Below are positions 54,668-63,159 of a DNA stretch of 64,000 bases, one piece after another (the stretch's first letter is position 1; the number at the start of each line of letters is the position of its first letter). The notes beneath the pieces were generated by a model that ran no database searches, was not told where the DNA came from, and saw nothing but the letters and a program-made list of their open reading frames with translations. The stretch is taken from contig OZ024757.1 in the NCBI GenBank assembly GCA_964016885.1, forward strand, positions 35,960,001 to 36,024,000, read 5' to 3'. Made by a program: the position numbers and the translations under genes. Source of the stretch: Eledone cirrhosa. Its lineage: Eukaryota.

Positions 54668-57639
54668 CCACCACCACCACCACCATCATCATCATCACTA
54701 CCATCATCATCATCACCATCATCCTCATCATTATCCTCATCATCACCATCACCATCCTCACATCATTATCATCATCATCGTCCTCATCATCTTTGTTGTC
54801 AACAATACAAGCTTATTGTATTCTTGCTGGTCAATATAAGGAATTGCAGTAACACACTTTTTTAAGGCCTCTGAAACTGTTGAGAGGGAAGGGCAGTGGC
54901 CTTGACTGCTTTCAGGGTCTCTGAGATTGGTATAAGGGTGGGACAGTGCTCATGACCCTCTTCAGGATCTGTGAGATTGCGATTGGTGTGAGGGTAGAGC
55001 AGTGCTCATAATCGTTTTCAGGGTCTCTGAGACAGGTGTAAAGGGGGGAGAAAAGTATCCTCAAGCCAGGAACTTCATTTGAAAGCTTACGACATATGAG
55101 TTTCACCAAAGGCAGGCAAGGGGCTCAGGTTAAGTCTCCTGGCCACCCCACTGAGTAGACCACAGCTTTCTTTGAACACAGAACACCAACAGTTGGTGCC
55201 AGTACTGCAAGATGTCTTGGTTCAGCAATATTGACTTTATTTGAACTCAGACCACAGAGAACAGGAATAAATCCCACAAGACATTTCTCCAACACTCTAC
55301 TGATTTTTCCAGTTTACCTGTCATCTCCCAGCTGTCTTGAGCAGAGTCCATTCTCTGGCAAATATTGAGGCCAGATCTCCCAGTTTGTGGCCAATCCAGG
55401 ACACCCAGTTGTCATCCAGACCACACAGTGGCCAGTCAAGATCTGTGGCTTGACCAGATCTCCCAGTTGTTAGTCCAGATCTGTGGTCGGGCTAGGATTT
55501 ATGGTTTCTCAACATAAATCTGCCGATCTCTGCAAATCACATGACTGTCCTTTCTAAAACTAGGTGATGTCACACCACATAACTGTGTAATTTACTGTGT
55601 TTACACATCACATAACTGTGTAATTTACTGTGTTTACACATCACATAACTGTGTAATTTACTGTGTTTACACATCACATAACTGTGTAATTTATTGTTTA
55701 CACATCACATAACTGTGTAATTTACTGTGTTTACACATCACATAACTGTGTAATTTACTGTGTTTACACATCACATAACTGTGTAATTTACTGTGTTTAC
55801 ACATCACATAACTGTGTAATTTACTGTTTACACATCACATAACTGTGTAATTTATTGTTTACACATCACATAACTGTGTAATTTACTGTGTTTACACATC
55901 ACATAACTGTGTAATTTACTATGTTTACACATCACATAACTGTGTATACACATCACATGTATATATAATCCAGTATGTATACACATTACATGTATGTATG
56001 GTATGGACCAGTAACTCCGGGGAGTCGTGGGGGAAGCACACAGCGTTCCTTAGGCCCGCCCATACCCACATCATGTTTTGGCTGCAATTTCTAGCTGTTG
56101 TAGCTCCACATAGCTGCTCACTAAGAAATGTTGGTGCCATAATAACTATTTAACTTACCTTTCACCCCCTTCTTATAGGTATGTAGGACCCATGGAAAGG
56201 GACTGTGCCACCAAGAAGCTAGAGGGTCACGCCAGTGGCACTTACATGATCAGAGAGAGTCAGAACCCGACACGTGCGGGAGAGTTATCTCTTAGTATAT
56301 GGTATGTATTGTTACTGTTGTTGTTGTTGTTGTTGTTAGGCTATGGGCTGGGGGTGTGTGTGGTGTATATATATATATATAGAGAGAGAGATTATGTGAT
56401 GCTGTGCTAATGATCTAATTGTCTGTCTGTTGTGTGTGTTGCCATGCCAACTGTCTGTTGTGAGTGTTACCATGCCAACAGCCTAACCGTCTGTCTGATG
56501 TGTGTGTTACTATGCCAACAGCCTAACCGTCTGTCTGATGTGTGTGTTACTATGCCAACAGCCTAACCGTCTGTCTGATGTGTGTGTTACTATGCGAACA
56601 GCCTAACTGTCTGTCTGATGTGTGTGTTAGCATGCCAACACGAATTGTCTGTTGTGAGTGTTACCATGCCAACAGTCTATCTGATGTGTGTGTTACCATG
56701 TCAACAGTAATTGTCTGTTGTGAGTGTTACCATGCCAACAGTCTATCTGATGTGTGTGTTACCATGCCAACACTAATTGTCTGTTGTGAGTGTTACCATG
56801 CCAACAGTCTATCTGATGTGTGTGTTACCATGCCAACACTAATTGTCTGTTGTGAGTGTTACCATGCCAACAGTCTAATTATCTATCTGTTTATCCCCTT
56901 TACAGTTTTGACAGTACAGTTCGTCATATAAAAGTGAATAAAACGTTAGAAAGAGATTTTTTCTTGGCCGACATCAAATTCTTCCACTCACTCCCAGTAA
57001 GTACCACTTTTACCCTTTCTCTTTCTCCCCAACCTCTCAAACCTATCCTCTCCCCACTCTCTCACACCTATCCTCCTCTCATTCCACCACCCTCACAACC
57101 CACTCTCTTTCCTCCATCCTTTATACATGTACTGTTTGTTACAACATGAATATAATGTTTCTGTATATTTAGGAACTTGTCGAGTGGTATCAAGAAAATT
57201 CCTTGGTTCACAGTTTTCCAGAGTTGAAGACACAATTAAAGATCCCCTTCAAAGAAAGCACAACAGGTTAGTATTAACATGTCGTGTCTTCCACGCAGTG
57301 TCTTCTAATTAATATCTCCTCTCCACAACATCATCTAATTTTCTCCTCTCCACAACATCATCTTATTTTCTCCTCTACACAATCTCTTCTAATTATGATC
57401 TCCTCTACACAACACCATCTAATTTTCTCCTCTCCACTCTTCTCTATTTTTCCCCTCTCCATTCTCAGCAGGTCTTCCATGGAATCTAAACATAGTGAGT
57501 TATGCTGTTGCCATTTATGATTATTCAGCAACGGCCACCAACCAGCTTTCATTGCGGGTAGGTAACCGAGTGGCAATTTTGAGCAAAGCCGGAGGTGACA
57601 AGGGCTGGTGGAAAGGAAAGATTCTACATTATGGAAAGG

Positions 57640-57737
<98 letters not shown>

Positions 57738-59105
57738 AAAAAGTTTAACCCCGACGGCAGAGCTAATTCTGTCCAGAAATAGCCGTTGAAACGGCTTGAA
57801 CTCTGCTGTCGGGGTTAAACTTTTTCCTACTGCCCTAAGTATTGAGTACTCTGGTGTGTTATGGTCCATCTGGTTCCTTACCACACCTCCTTTGTTATAT
57901 ATACACACACAGACACATATATATATACATATATTATCATCTCCGTTTTACATCAATTTTTCCATGCTAGCATGGGTTAGACGAGTTGTCCTGTTGTGGG
58001 CGATGCCAGGTCAAGTGACCATGTCTTGCTCATACAGAACTGATTTTGGTTTGGTTTATATATATTCAATATTACAAAGACATCAAAGTTTCCAACACAC
58101 GTTTCTTTATTTCTACATCTGTTTCAATACAGTTATAATGGTAGATATATTTGCAGAACAACTGGAAATTATTAGTTAACTTCACCATACATATTATCTA
58201 TAACTCGCATATCCTCAGGAAATTATAAAGAAAAGGTTTCACGAACAAATACAATATCAAAACTGTTAACGTAGAGCAAGAAACTTATCTAATAGGTGGT
58301 ATATTTCACTATATACTGTATATATTTCACTATCTACTGTATATATTCCCCAGCTTATATTTCACTATATACTGTATATATTCCCCAGCTTATATTTCAC
58401 TATCTACTGTATATATTCCCCAGCTTATATTTCACTATCTACTGTATATATTCCCCAGCTTATATTTCACTATATACTGTATATATTCCCCAGCTTATAT
58501 TTCACTATATACTGTATATATTCCCCAGCTTATATTTCACTATCTACTGTATATATTCCCCAGCTTATATTTCACTATATACTGTATATATTCCCCAGCT
58601 TATATTTCACTATCTACTGTATATATTCCCCAGCTTATATTTCACTATCTACTGTATATATTCCCCAGCTTATATTTCACTATATACTGTATATATTCCC
58701 CAGCTTATATTTCACTATCTACTGTATATATTCCCCAGCTTATATTTCACTATCTACTGTATATATTCCCCAGCTTATATTTCACTATATACTGTATATA
58801 TTCCCCAGCTTATATTTCACTATCTACTGTATATATTCCCCAGCTTATATTTCACTATCTACTGTATATATTCCCCAGCTTATATTTCACTATATACTGT
58901 ATATATTCCCCAGCTTATATTTCACTATATACTGTATATATTCCCTGGCAATTATATACGCTACTTCCATAAAGTTCCTTTTATTTATTTATTTTTCAAA
59001 GACATTTTGTTTCTTTTTAGTAAATGTGAAGTTTTATCATCTCTGTTCCTTTCTCTACAGGTTGGTTATTTTCCACTAACATACGTACGAGAAGAAGAAG
59101 ACTAA
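967..59105 (+). CDS. vav: Vav-family guanine nucleotide exchange factor, 5'-partial, 22 coding exons joined (DH-PH-C1-SH3-SH2-SH3)
   Basis: All exons have AG/GT boundaries with matching phases and sum to 1899 nt using exon 48602-48723. Vav signatures: [98 protein letters not shown]. Confidence 0.97.
1200..1470 (+). mobile_element. LINE reverse transcriptase fragment
   Basis: [13 protein letters not shown] and LSYADGLA (QG and YADD motifs). Confidence 0.8.
1475..1810 (-). mobile_element. tRNA-derived SINE with RTE-like tail (other copies 4955-5340, 16390-16715, 26680-27000, 41187-41412)
   Basis: Pol III A/B-box-like head, ttccttgagcaagacactttatttcac core, aggaagggcatccagctg segment, (GAT)n tail; near-identical dispersed copies. 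Confidence 0.85.
1894..2094 (+). CDS. vav: Vav exon, DH domain (PLLEVHQAF...[15 protein letters not shown]...NSIE)
   Basis: Polypyrimidine+tag acceptor, gtgagt donor, DH YGxFCSN motif. Confidence 0.95.
2203..2423 (+). mobile_element. TTAA-flanked MITE (piggyBac-like termini)
   Basis: TTAA-CCCTTTAGCATT...AATGCTAAAGGG-TTAA; six related copies in window. Confidence 0.85.
2560..3700. repeat. Compound CA/TA minisatellite
   Basis: acagacatatgcacatatacaaatatacat units. Confidence 0.95.
3789..3884 (+). CDS. vav: Vav exon, DH conserved region 3 ([32 protein letters not shown])
   Basis: cag acceptor, AAG|gtattg donor, Vav-specific DH motif. Confidence 0.97.
4123..4665. repeat. (CT)n/(CA)n compound microsatellite
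   Basis: Direct inspection. Confidence 0.95.
4671..4742 (+). CDS. vav: Vav exon, DH ([24 protein letters not shown])
   Basis: ttcag acceptor after CT/CA repeat, CAG|gtcagt donor. Confidence 0.95.
5576..5689 (+). mobile_element. 5'-truncated SINE with 15-bp TSD
   Basis: gagttcaaatccc B box, gcctttcatccttacggggtcgataaa core; TSD ATTATATGTCAATAT at 5561-5575 and 5690-5704. Confidence 0.9.
5762..5835 (+). CDS. vav: Vav exon, DH C-terminus ([24 protein letters not shown])
   Basis: cccag acceptor, AG|gtaaga donor, NEVKRD motif. Confidence 0.95.
6078..6096 (+). CDS. vav: Vav 19-nt microexon, DH-PH linker (S-IVDLQM)
   Basis: ttttctttacag acceptor, ATG|gtgagt donor; needed to convert phase 2 to phase 0. 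Confidence 0.9.
6241..8450. repeat. 48-bp minisatellite, about 46 copies
   Basis: tatcatgataaaacatacccagccctcact(c/t)taaagtggtagtgatgg. Confidence 0.97.
9070..9161 (+). CDS. vav: Vav exon, PH start ([30 protein letters not shown])
   Basis: ttgtag acceptor, AG|gtaagt donor, YGRxxxDG motif. Confidence 0.95.
9894..9939 (+). CDS. vav: Vav exon, PH ([16 protein letters not shown])
   Basis: Polypyrimidine+tag acceptor, CGG|gtaagt donor, PH FLFD motif. Confidence 0.96.
10350..11120 (-). mobile_element. RTE-clade LINE 3' fragment
   Basis: [24 protein letters not shown]; same family as 18990-20790. Confidence 0.85.
11380..11617. repeat. 48-bp tandem repeat, 5 copies
   Basis: cagccgacactgtaatgtggtagggctggtgccacaataaaatgtaca. 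Confidence 0.9.
12735..13030. repeat. Diverged 30-bp tandem repeat
   Basis: agttcagtccaatagagttcatttgaact(a/c). Confidence 0.85.
15155..15351 (+). mobile_element. TTAA MITE copy
   Basis: Same termini and body as 2203-2423. Confidence 0.85.
16147..16351 (+). mobile_element. Circularly permuted TTAA MITE copy
   Basis: 3' half ending AATGCTAAAGGG-TTAA precedes the 5' half. Confidence 0.75.
18009..18029 (+). CDS. vav: Candidate alternative 21-nt Vav microexon (IVDKLFW) in PH domain
   Basis: About 165 nt without AG, U-rich, then cag; TGG|gtaagg donor; phase 0-0, no stop. Confidence 0.6.
18457..18832. repeat. 43-bp self-complementary minisatellite
   Basis: aattagtgtgttgtgtcagtgtaattaacttaattacaacact. 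Confidence 0.9.
18990..20790 (-). mobile_element. RTE-clade LINE, decayed RT and C-terminus
   Basis: [38 protein letters not shown]; short (GAT)n tail. Confidence 0.9.
21549..21869 (+). mobile_element. TTAA MITE copy with internal about 58-bp triplication
   Basis: Same termini; ttatgtgaggtaaagcc...gtaatgtgaatg present three times. Confidence 0.85.
21884..21930 (+). ncRNA. Degenerate hammerhead ribozyme motif
   Basis: tgct-CCGATGA-ttccagac/gtctgaaa-GAAT-caatc-GTC-agca; the inverted copy at 21219-21247 preserves GAAAC-gatc-GTC-agca. Confidence 0.6.
22645..23932 (+). mobile_element. Full-length decayed mariner transposon, irritans/Hsmar2-like, 1288 bp
   Basis: About 31-bp TIRs CGAGGGGGGATCAAAA(T/A)GTTCGCGG(G/A)ATTTT with TA flanks; transposase motifs [26 protein letters not shown]. 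Confidence 0.95.
22825..23857 (+). pseudogene. Mariner DD34D-type transposase pseudogene
   Basis: [18 protein letters not shown]...DGNYVEK split over three ORFs by frameshifts and in-frame TGA codons. Confidence 0.93.
24147..24204 (+). ncRNA. Minimal type I hammerhead ribozyme motif
   Basis: acac-CTGAAGA-stem II (ccgggtt/aacctgg, imperfect base)-GAAAT-gtgc-ATA-gtgt. Confidence 0.7.
25360..25520 (+). mobile_element. LINE 3' end with C2H2 zinc finger
   Basis: [25 protein letters not shown]-stop at 25383-25460, short 3' UTR then (TA)n. Confidence 0.6.
25668..25736 (+). ncRNA. Minimal type I hammerhead ribozyme motif
   Basis: ctctgt-CTGATGA-stem II (tctagaca/tgtctagg)-GAAAC-ctttg-GTA-atggag. 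Confidence 0.65.
26288..26360 (+). ncRNA. Degenerate hammerhead ribozyme motif
   Basis: ttccac-ATGAAGA (C to A)-42-nt hairpin-GAAAT-acgt-ATA-atggaa; palindromic stem III. Confidence 0.6.
27344..33580. repeat. 6.2-kb 20/22-bp minisatellite
   Basis: ccaga(g/a)gcacacatacac(ac)ac; accounts for the four 2000-aa ORFs. Confidence 0.98.
34310..34484 (+). mobile_element. TTAA MITE copy
   Basis: Same termini and body. Confidence 0.85.
36010..36315 (-). mobile_element. RTE-clade LINE 3' end sharing a tail with the local SINEs
   Basis: [10 protein letters not shown]...[12 protein letters not shown] followed by cccacccttgcaagcagggaaaagcggacgtaaaa tail. Confidence 0.85.
37055..37680 (+). mobile_element. 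Cluster of tandem tRNA-derived SINEs (similar clusters 41495-42225, 48095-48480, 53790-54300; single copies 21330-21510, 51311-51484)
   Basis: Repeated ggattggcag A box, gagttcaaat B box, gcctttcatcc core, ggccttgtgccaaaagtagaaac tail. Confidence 0.85.
37695..38450 (+). mobile_element. RTE LINE 3' end with about 158-bp internal triplication
   Basis: gaaat(g/t)gggttcctc...catgtggttagaatg repeated three times, then family 3' end. Confidence 0.85.
38855..39260. repeat. Variable-length minisatellite
   Basis: acacatgtagctattgtaatta(c)n. Confidence 0.9.
39561..39656 (+). CDS. vav: Vav exon, PH ([32 protein letters not shown])
   Basis: tttttcag acceptor after a 29.6-kb intron, AAG|gtac donor; continues CKSR-GDxY motif. 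Confidence 0.93.
39993..40102 (+). CDS. vav: Vav exon, PH C-terminus ([36 protein letters not shown])
   Basis: ctcag acceptor, gtgagt donor, conserved PH helix Trp. Confidence 0.95.
40245..40451 (-). mobile_element. TTAA MITE copy, reverse orientation
   Basis: Reverse complement of the same family, TTAA flanks. Confidence 0.85.
42250..42339 (+). CDS. vav: Vav exon, C1 start ([30 protein letters not shown])
   Basis: ttgtag acceptor, AG|gtaagt donor, CxxC. Confidence 0.94.
42483..43630. repeat. 84-bp minisatellite, about 14 copies
   Basis: accaaggtaactttggtacacattactg...ggtatcacctat. Confidence 0.96.
43868..44390. repeat. 24-bp minisatellite
   Basis: aggactacattatctaatgtatct. Confidence 0.96.
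44554..44585 (+). CDS. vav: Vav exon, C1 ([10 protein letters not shown])
   Basis: tgcag acceptor, G|gtatag donor, QGYxC motif, phase 2-1. Confidence 0.92.
45147..45194 (+). CDS. vav: Vav exon, C1 end ([16 protein letters not shown])
   Basis: ctcttcag acceptor, G|gtaagt donor, HKEC motif. Confidence 0.93.
45312..45335 (+). CDS. vav: Vav 24-nt microexon (VPPIPPRT)
   Basis: ctttccag acceptor, A|gtaagt donor, symmetric phase 1-1. Confidence 0.85.
46347..46468 (+). CDS. vav: Vav exon, N-terminal SH3 ([40 protein letters not shown])
   Basis: tttcag acceptor, CGG|gtgagt donor; YxGxPxPP insert typical of Vav nSH3. Confidence 0.92.
46791..46853 (+). CDS. vav: Vav exon, nSH3 end ([21 protein letters not shown])
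   Basis: ttgtag acceptor, CGG|gtaagt donor, GWFP motif. Confidence 0.94.
47740..48050 (+). mobile_element. Non-LTR element C-terminal fragment (restriction-like endonuclease clades R4/NeSL/CRE)
   Basis: ELKRIW...VVPIVI...[13 protein letters not shown] resembles the LQKAVLLGTARIL end motif. Confidence 0.65.
48602..48723 (+). CDS. vav: Vav mutually exclusive exon A, SH3-SH2 linker ([41 protein letters not shown])
   Basis: tttttag acceptor, TG|gtatgt donor, phase 0-2, ends in YPW. Confidence 0.85.
48775..49125. mobile_element. Tc1/mariner-type MITE in (TA)n between the mutually exclusive exons
   Basis: Imperfect about 55-bp TIRs (tatacacactttgaattgtgataaaaacaat / attgtttttatcatcattcaaactgtgtata). 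Confidence 0.6.
49263..49390 (+). CDS. vav: Vav mutually exclusive exon B, SH3-SH2 linker ([43 protein letters not shown])
   Basis: ctttcag acceptor, TG|gtatgt donor, phase 0-2, ends in YPW. Confidence 0.85.
49431..50425. repeat. 27-bp C-rich minisatellite
   Basis: ctagaacacccctcacccccatttcct. Confidence 0.96.
50425..51550. repeat. 26/27-bp minisatellite with 80-bp higher-order period, interrupted by a SINE
   Basis: cattaa(a/t)tactggtatga(c/t)gtacccc(t). Confidence 0.93.
51605..51915. repeat. 20-bp pyrimidine-rich repeat
   Basis: ctcactcaactcttctccct. Confidence 0.9.
52260..53105. repeat. 48-bp minisatellite, about 17 copies, made of a MITE left end
   Basis: ttaaccctttcattaccatatttctaatgaaagacactgtctatgtca. 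Confidence 0.95.
54500..54790. repeat. (CAT/CAC)n microsatellite
   Basis: Direct inspection. Confidence 0.95.
55576..55955. repeat. 33-bp minisatellite
   Basis: cacataactgtgtaatttactgtgtttacacat. Confidence 0.93.
56179..56301 (+). CDS. vav: Vav exon, SH2 ([40 protein letters not shown])
   Basis: ttatag acceptor, TG|gtatgt donor; GTYMIRES is the FLVRES equivalent. Confidence 0.96.
56420..56880. repeat. Diverged 35-40-bp minisatellite
   Basis: tgtg(t/a)gtgttaccatgccaacag units. Confidence 0.85.
56906..56996 (+). CDS. vav: Vav exon, SH2 ([30 protein letters not shown])
   Basis: tttacag acceptor, CCA|gtaagt donor, VxHIKV motif. Confidence 0.95.
57173..57266 (+). CDS. vav: Vav exon, SH2 end ([31 protein letters not shown])
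   Basis: tttag acceptor, G|gttagt donor, ELVExYQxxSL motif. Confidence 0.95.
57469..57638 (+). CDS. vav: Vav exon, C-terminal SH3 ([57 protein letters not shown])
   Basis: cagcag NAGNAG acceptor (57469 or 57472), AAG|gtattt donor, AIYDY and GWWKG motifs. Confidence 0.95.
58109..58223 (-). ncRNA. Minimal type I hammerhead ribozyme motif with long stem II
   Basis: Minus strand: atttc-CTGAGGA-t-atgcgagttata...tataactgtat-t-GAAAC-agat-GTA-gaaat. Confidence 0.7.
58300..58945. repeat. 35-bp minisatellite
   Basis: tatatttcactat(a/c)tactgtatatattccccagct. Confidence 0.95.
59061..59105 (+). CDS. vav: Vav last coding exon ([14 protein letters not shown]-stop)
   Basis: ctctacag acceptor, GxFPxxYV motif, TAA. 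Confidence 0.96.
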   Translation, partial: VGYFPLTYVREEED

Positions 59106-59915
59106 GTGGACACACTGCGTAGCGTGCTCTGTCACACGCTCCCCACCAACTTAGTCCTCGTATTCCAATGAACAACACCACCACCAGCATCACCACCACA
59201 CCAACAACAATAATAATAACCACTAAAACTACTACTTCTACTACAACAAAAATTACTACTACTATTACTACCAATAACAATACCAGCACCACTGTAGTCT
59301 GAAGTATCGACTGTGGAAGTACGCCTACTGCTGTTAGTATGTACGTCAATCGGAGTGCGTGCATTATATGTGATGCAATGCACGCAGACGTGATTCATGT
59401 TTCTCGTTTACTGTTTCATTCACTTTATCGACCTGGCATATACTATGGTGGGAGGGCGGGGTGGCTCTACCCTCCCCTTCCACTGACCCTTGTTCTCTCT
59501 CACCTCTCAACAACATCATCATCCTCATCATCACCATCATCATCATCATCAACCTAGCTTGGTTCTTATGATGCTGAGCTCGGAGAAATCAACACCGACG
59601 ACGACACCACACACTGTTTCATTAACAGGTTTTGGGTTATCTCCCTTTAAAATGACAACAGCAACAACAACAACAAGCTTGTCGATTTGAGCGAGGAGGG
59701 AGGGGGAGAAGAACAAGGGGAGGAGTGAAAAGAAAAAAAGAAAAAATTAAGGTTGAAAGCCCTAACTTCACATTTTTTTCCAAAGACTACTCACCATTTA
59801 ATGGGTTCTATCAATGAGATTTTTTAAAAAGAAATGAGAACTATATATATATACACACAGGCACACACCCACACTTACATGTATGTGTGCACACGTATAT
59901 ACATATATGTGTATG

Positions 59916-59950
<35 letters not shown>

Positions 59951-59956
59951 ATAGCA

Positions 59957-59988
<32 letters not shown>

Positions 59989-60181
59989 ATATATTGATGG
60001 AGTTATATACACAAACATACATATGTATATACATATATATATATATATATATATTCATATATGTATGCCTATATATAAATACATTCATATCTGTGTAGCT
60101 ATATATATATGTGTGTGTGAGTCTGTGTCCAGCTTGTTCAATCAATCCAGCCCACCCGCCTCTGCCCCCTAAAAATAATTA

Positions 60182-60187
60182 AATAAA
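60182..60187 (+). promoter_or_regulatory. Possible polyadenylation signal of vav
   Basis: AATAAA about 1.08 kb after the stop codon; AT-rich context makes this weak. Confidence 0.3.
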
Positions 60188-60444
60188 CAAATAACATTTA
60201 ATCATAGAAGAAAAAGACAAAGAAGAAAATATTTAACTATGGCATTATTATTATTACTATTATTATTATTATTATTGCCTTAGTATTTGTACATTGTTTG
60301 GAACGGTTTGGAACAACTTGTATTTTACTCATTTTATTGCTCCTAACTATCCATCTATCTAATATGTATATATATATATATTCATATAATTATCTATCCA
60401 ATATGTTTGTATATATATTCATATATCTATCTAGCTATCTAATG

Positions 60445-60490
<46 letters not shown>

Positions 60491-60546
60491 ATGTATATGT
60501 GTACGTGGCTATGTAAGTCTCTATCTAGCAATCTACCAATCTTTCT

Positions 60547-60584
<38 letters not shown>

Positions 60585-60585
<1 letters not shown>

Positions 60586-61900
60586 TCCTTCACCCACTTA
60601 TTCCTGGGAGGGTGATGGGGGCAGAGTCCAAGTACGCTTCCCAGAGGGTTCTGTCAGAAGCAACCATCTACAATTGATCCTGTTGAATCCCAAAGCAAAA
60701 CCAGCCGAACTCATGGATGTTATCCAACCATCTTGCTCAGAGTCTACCCCTGGGTCTCCTGCCAGTTGGTTTTTTTCTTAAAATCTGTCCAATGATTCTT
60801 TCCTCGGACATTCTAACCACATGTTCGTAATACCAGAACAATTCTGATCTCTGAACTAAACACTCTATCAAGTAACATTACTCCAATGACCCTTTGGAGA
60901 AACCCCATTTCAGCTGCTTGTATTCACAATCGTATTCTTTCTATCATTGCCCAAGATATATGACCATAGGTAAGGGTTGGCACAAATGCTGATGCTGGCA
61001 TATTACTACACCAGTTCCTGTAATTTAGGTAAGGGTTGGCACAAATGCTGATGCTGGCATATTACTACACCAGTTCCTGTAATTTAGGTAAGGGTTGGCA
61101 CAAATGCTGATGCTGGCATATTACTACACCAGTTCCTGTAATTTAGGTAAGGGTTGGCACAAATGCTGATGCTGGCATATTACTACACCAGTTCCTGTAA
61201 TTTAGGTAAGGGTTGGCACAAATGCTGATGCTGGCATATTACTACACCAGTTCCTGTAATTTAGGTAAGGGTTGGCACAAATGCTGATGCTGGCATATTA
61301 CTACACCAGTTCCTGTAATTCTTGCACATAATTCAGCCTTCTATTGTTCATGAACACTGTCTTGAGATACATGAACTTCTCTACCTGCTTCAGTGGAACT
61401 CCACTCACAGGTACAATGTACTGTGCAGGCTTCTTTGAGAGGATAAGTGTCTCAGCACTAATTTTCATTCCTGTCATACAGTACTCGGCATCAAACCTAT
61501 CAAGTGTATATCGGATATCACCTTCTGACGAGTTAAATAATACCATATCATCTGACTGATTTTACTCCTGCCAGTCATGATACCACTTCCAACACTGTCA
61601 ATTCTGTCCATGAAGATTATGAACAGGAGAGGTGACAGTATGCATGCTTGGTAGAGTCCAACATCTACCTTGAATAGTTTCAATACCATTTATCCAAATA
61701 CAAATACTCGGGCATTCGTATCAAAGCAACAAGAGGCTGTCCATCAATCCCATACTCCTGCAGAATCTTCTACAACAGGTCCCACGGAACGTGGCCATAT
61801 GTCTTTTAAAGGTTGACAAAACAAGAATACACCTCTTGTCATAACTCCCACGATTTCTCAAAGACCTGATGCAGTGTGAATATTTGGTCAGCTGGGATGA
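60585..61900 (-). mobile_element. RTE-clade LINE fragment containing a 59-bp tandem array
   Basis: VGLYQACILSPLLFIIFMD, VEKFMYL; same family as 18990-20790. Confidence 0.85.
60967..61320. repeat. 59-bp tandem repeat, 6 identical copies, inside an RTE fragment
   Basis: taggtaagggttggcacaaatgctgatgctggcatattactacaccagttcctgtaatt. Confidence 0.95.
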
Positions 61901-63159
61901 AAACCACACTAGTTTATCAACTAGTTTACACTCAACAATATCCCTTGGGCTTTATAACAAACTCTTCATCAAGAATAGCAACTTCCAGTGTCATGATTAT
62001 AATCTTTTGGGTTAAAAATCCGATCAACAAGCTCTATTTTGAAAACTGGAGGCCAACCCTGCTTTCTGACAGTTCATAGCTCTAGTTGCTCTCTTTGTGA
62101 GATCTTTTTAATATTTTGGAGCTTTCCAAATAACTGGTACATTTTTTTTATAAGAAAGGGTATGCTTGCCCTACTATCAAAGTTCCTCCTGGCATTCTCA
62201 AGGAGGTTGCTTCTTTTTGCCTCCAAAGCATTCCATGCTGGATTCTTGACTTTGGAGTTTCCCATTCTAATTGATTTAATGAATAATAGATCTCTGTCTG
62301 CAACAGCTTCGACATAGAATGTGCCAAAGGAGGCTTGTATCCCCTCCCATTTTCACTTTTTCACTTGAAGTCCTTCATCTCCACTCCCTTAGAGTGTAAC
62401 AGGCGTTCTGTAACGGGCTTTACTACAAATAAACTCTTTGAGAACATATGCTGGGGTGGCAGTTACTGAGACATTCTTAACAGGTACTAGTGGTAGCACT
62501 TTATTGAGTGTCTCGAAATTATATGGGATTTGGTCCCAAGAGCCATAGTGAATCTCCTTACTTATTTAGAAGCTCCCTGTGTCTTGAGACACATGAGGCA
62601 GCCAAAGTATTCCAATGACCCTGGTTAGTTGCATCCATCAGTACATTGTTCCAACTTTTGTTGATGGGTTTCAGGTCTCTGTCGATTGTCTGCTGCCAGT
62701 TCATCCTGGGATGTCCTCTTTGCCCCTTTACCATGGGGTACCAATACGGGACCTGATTAGCATGTCTTTCACTTGGGAGACGTGACTTGTCCTAACCAGT
62801 CATGTGTATGCTGTCACACACGTTGTTGGTGGGTTTGTTCATGGACTTCTTTGTTGGTCATCTTCCATAGCTGTCCAAAATTTCAATCTGGTCCTCTCAC
62901 TAGTTCTGTCATTCTTATCAAGTGTCATGATGTTAATTTTAGGTTTGGTTTGATAGGAGCCTCAATCTTATCAATGTGGCTTTCTGTACTGGAGTTGTTT
63001 GAGTTGAGATGGCCACTGTTTGTTGCTTTGTAGACAGCACAATGGGTGATTCTGGCTGTTTTCATGAGCGGTGGGGTTTGATTCAGTTTGGTGACTACGG
63101 GCTTTTACATAAGAGTGGGGAAGGTTGTAGCTGTGTAGCGTCCTTATTTATTTAGTCAT

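Noticed and set aside
54384-54865. Poly-Met or poly-Ser ORFs
   Set aside because: (CAT)n microsatellite translations.
62466-62525. Hairpin followed by GAAA
   Set aside because: No CUGANGA box or NUH with stem I; insufficient for a ribozyme call.
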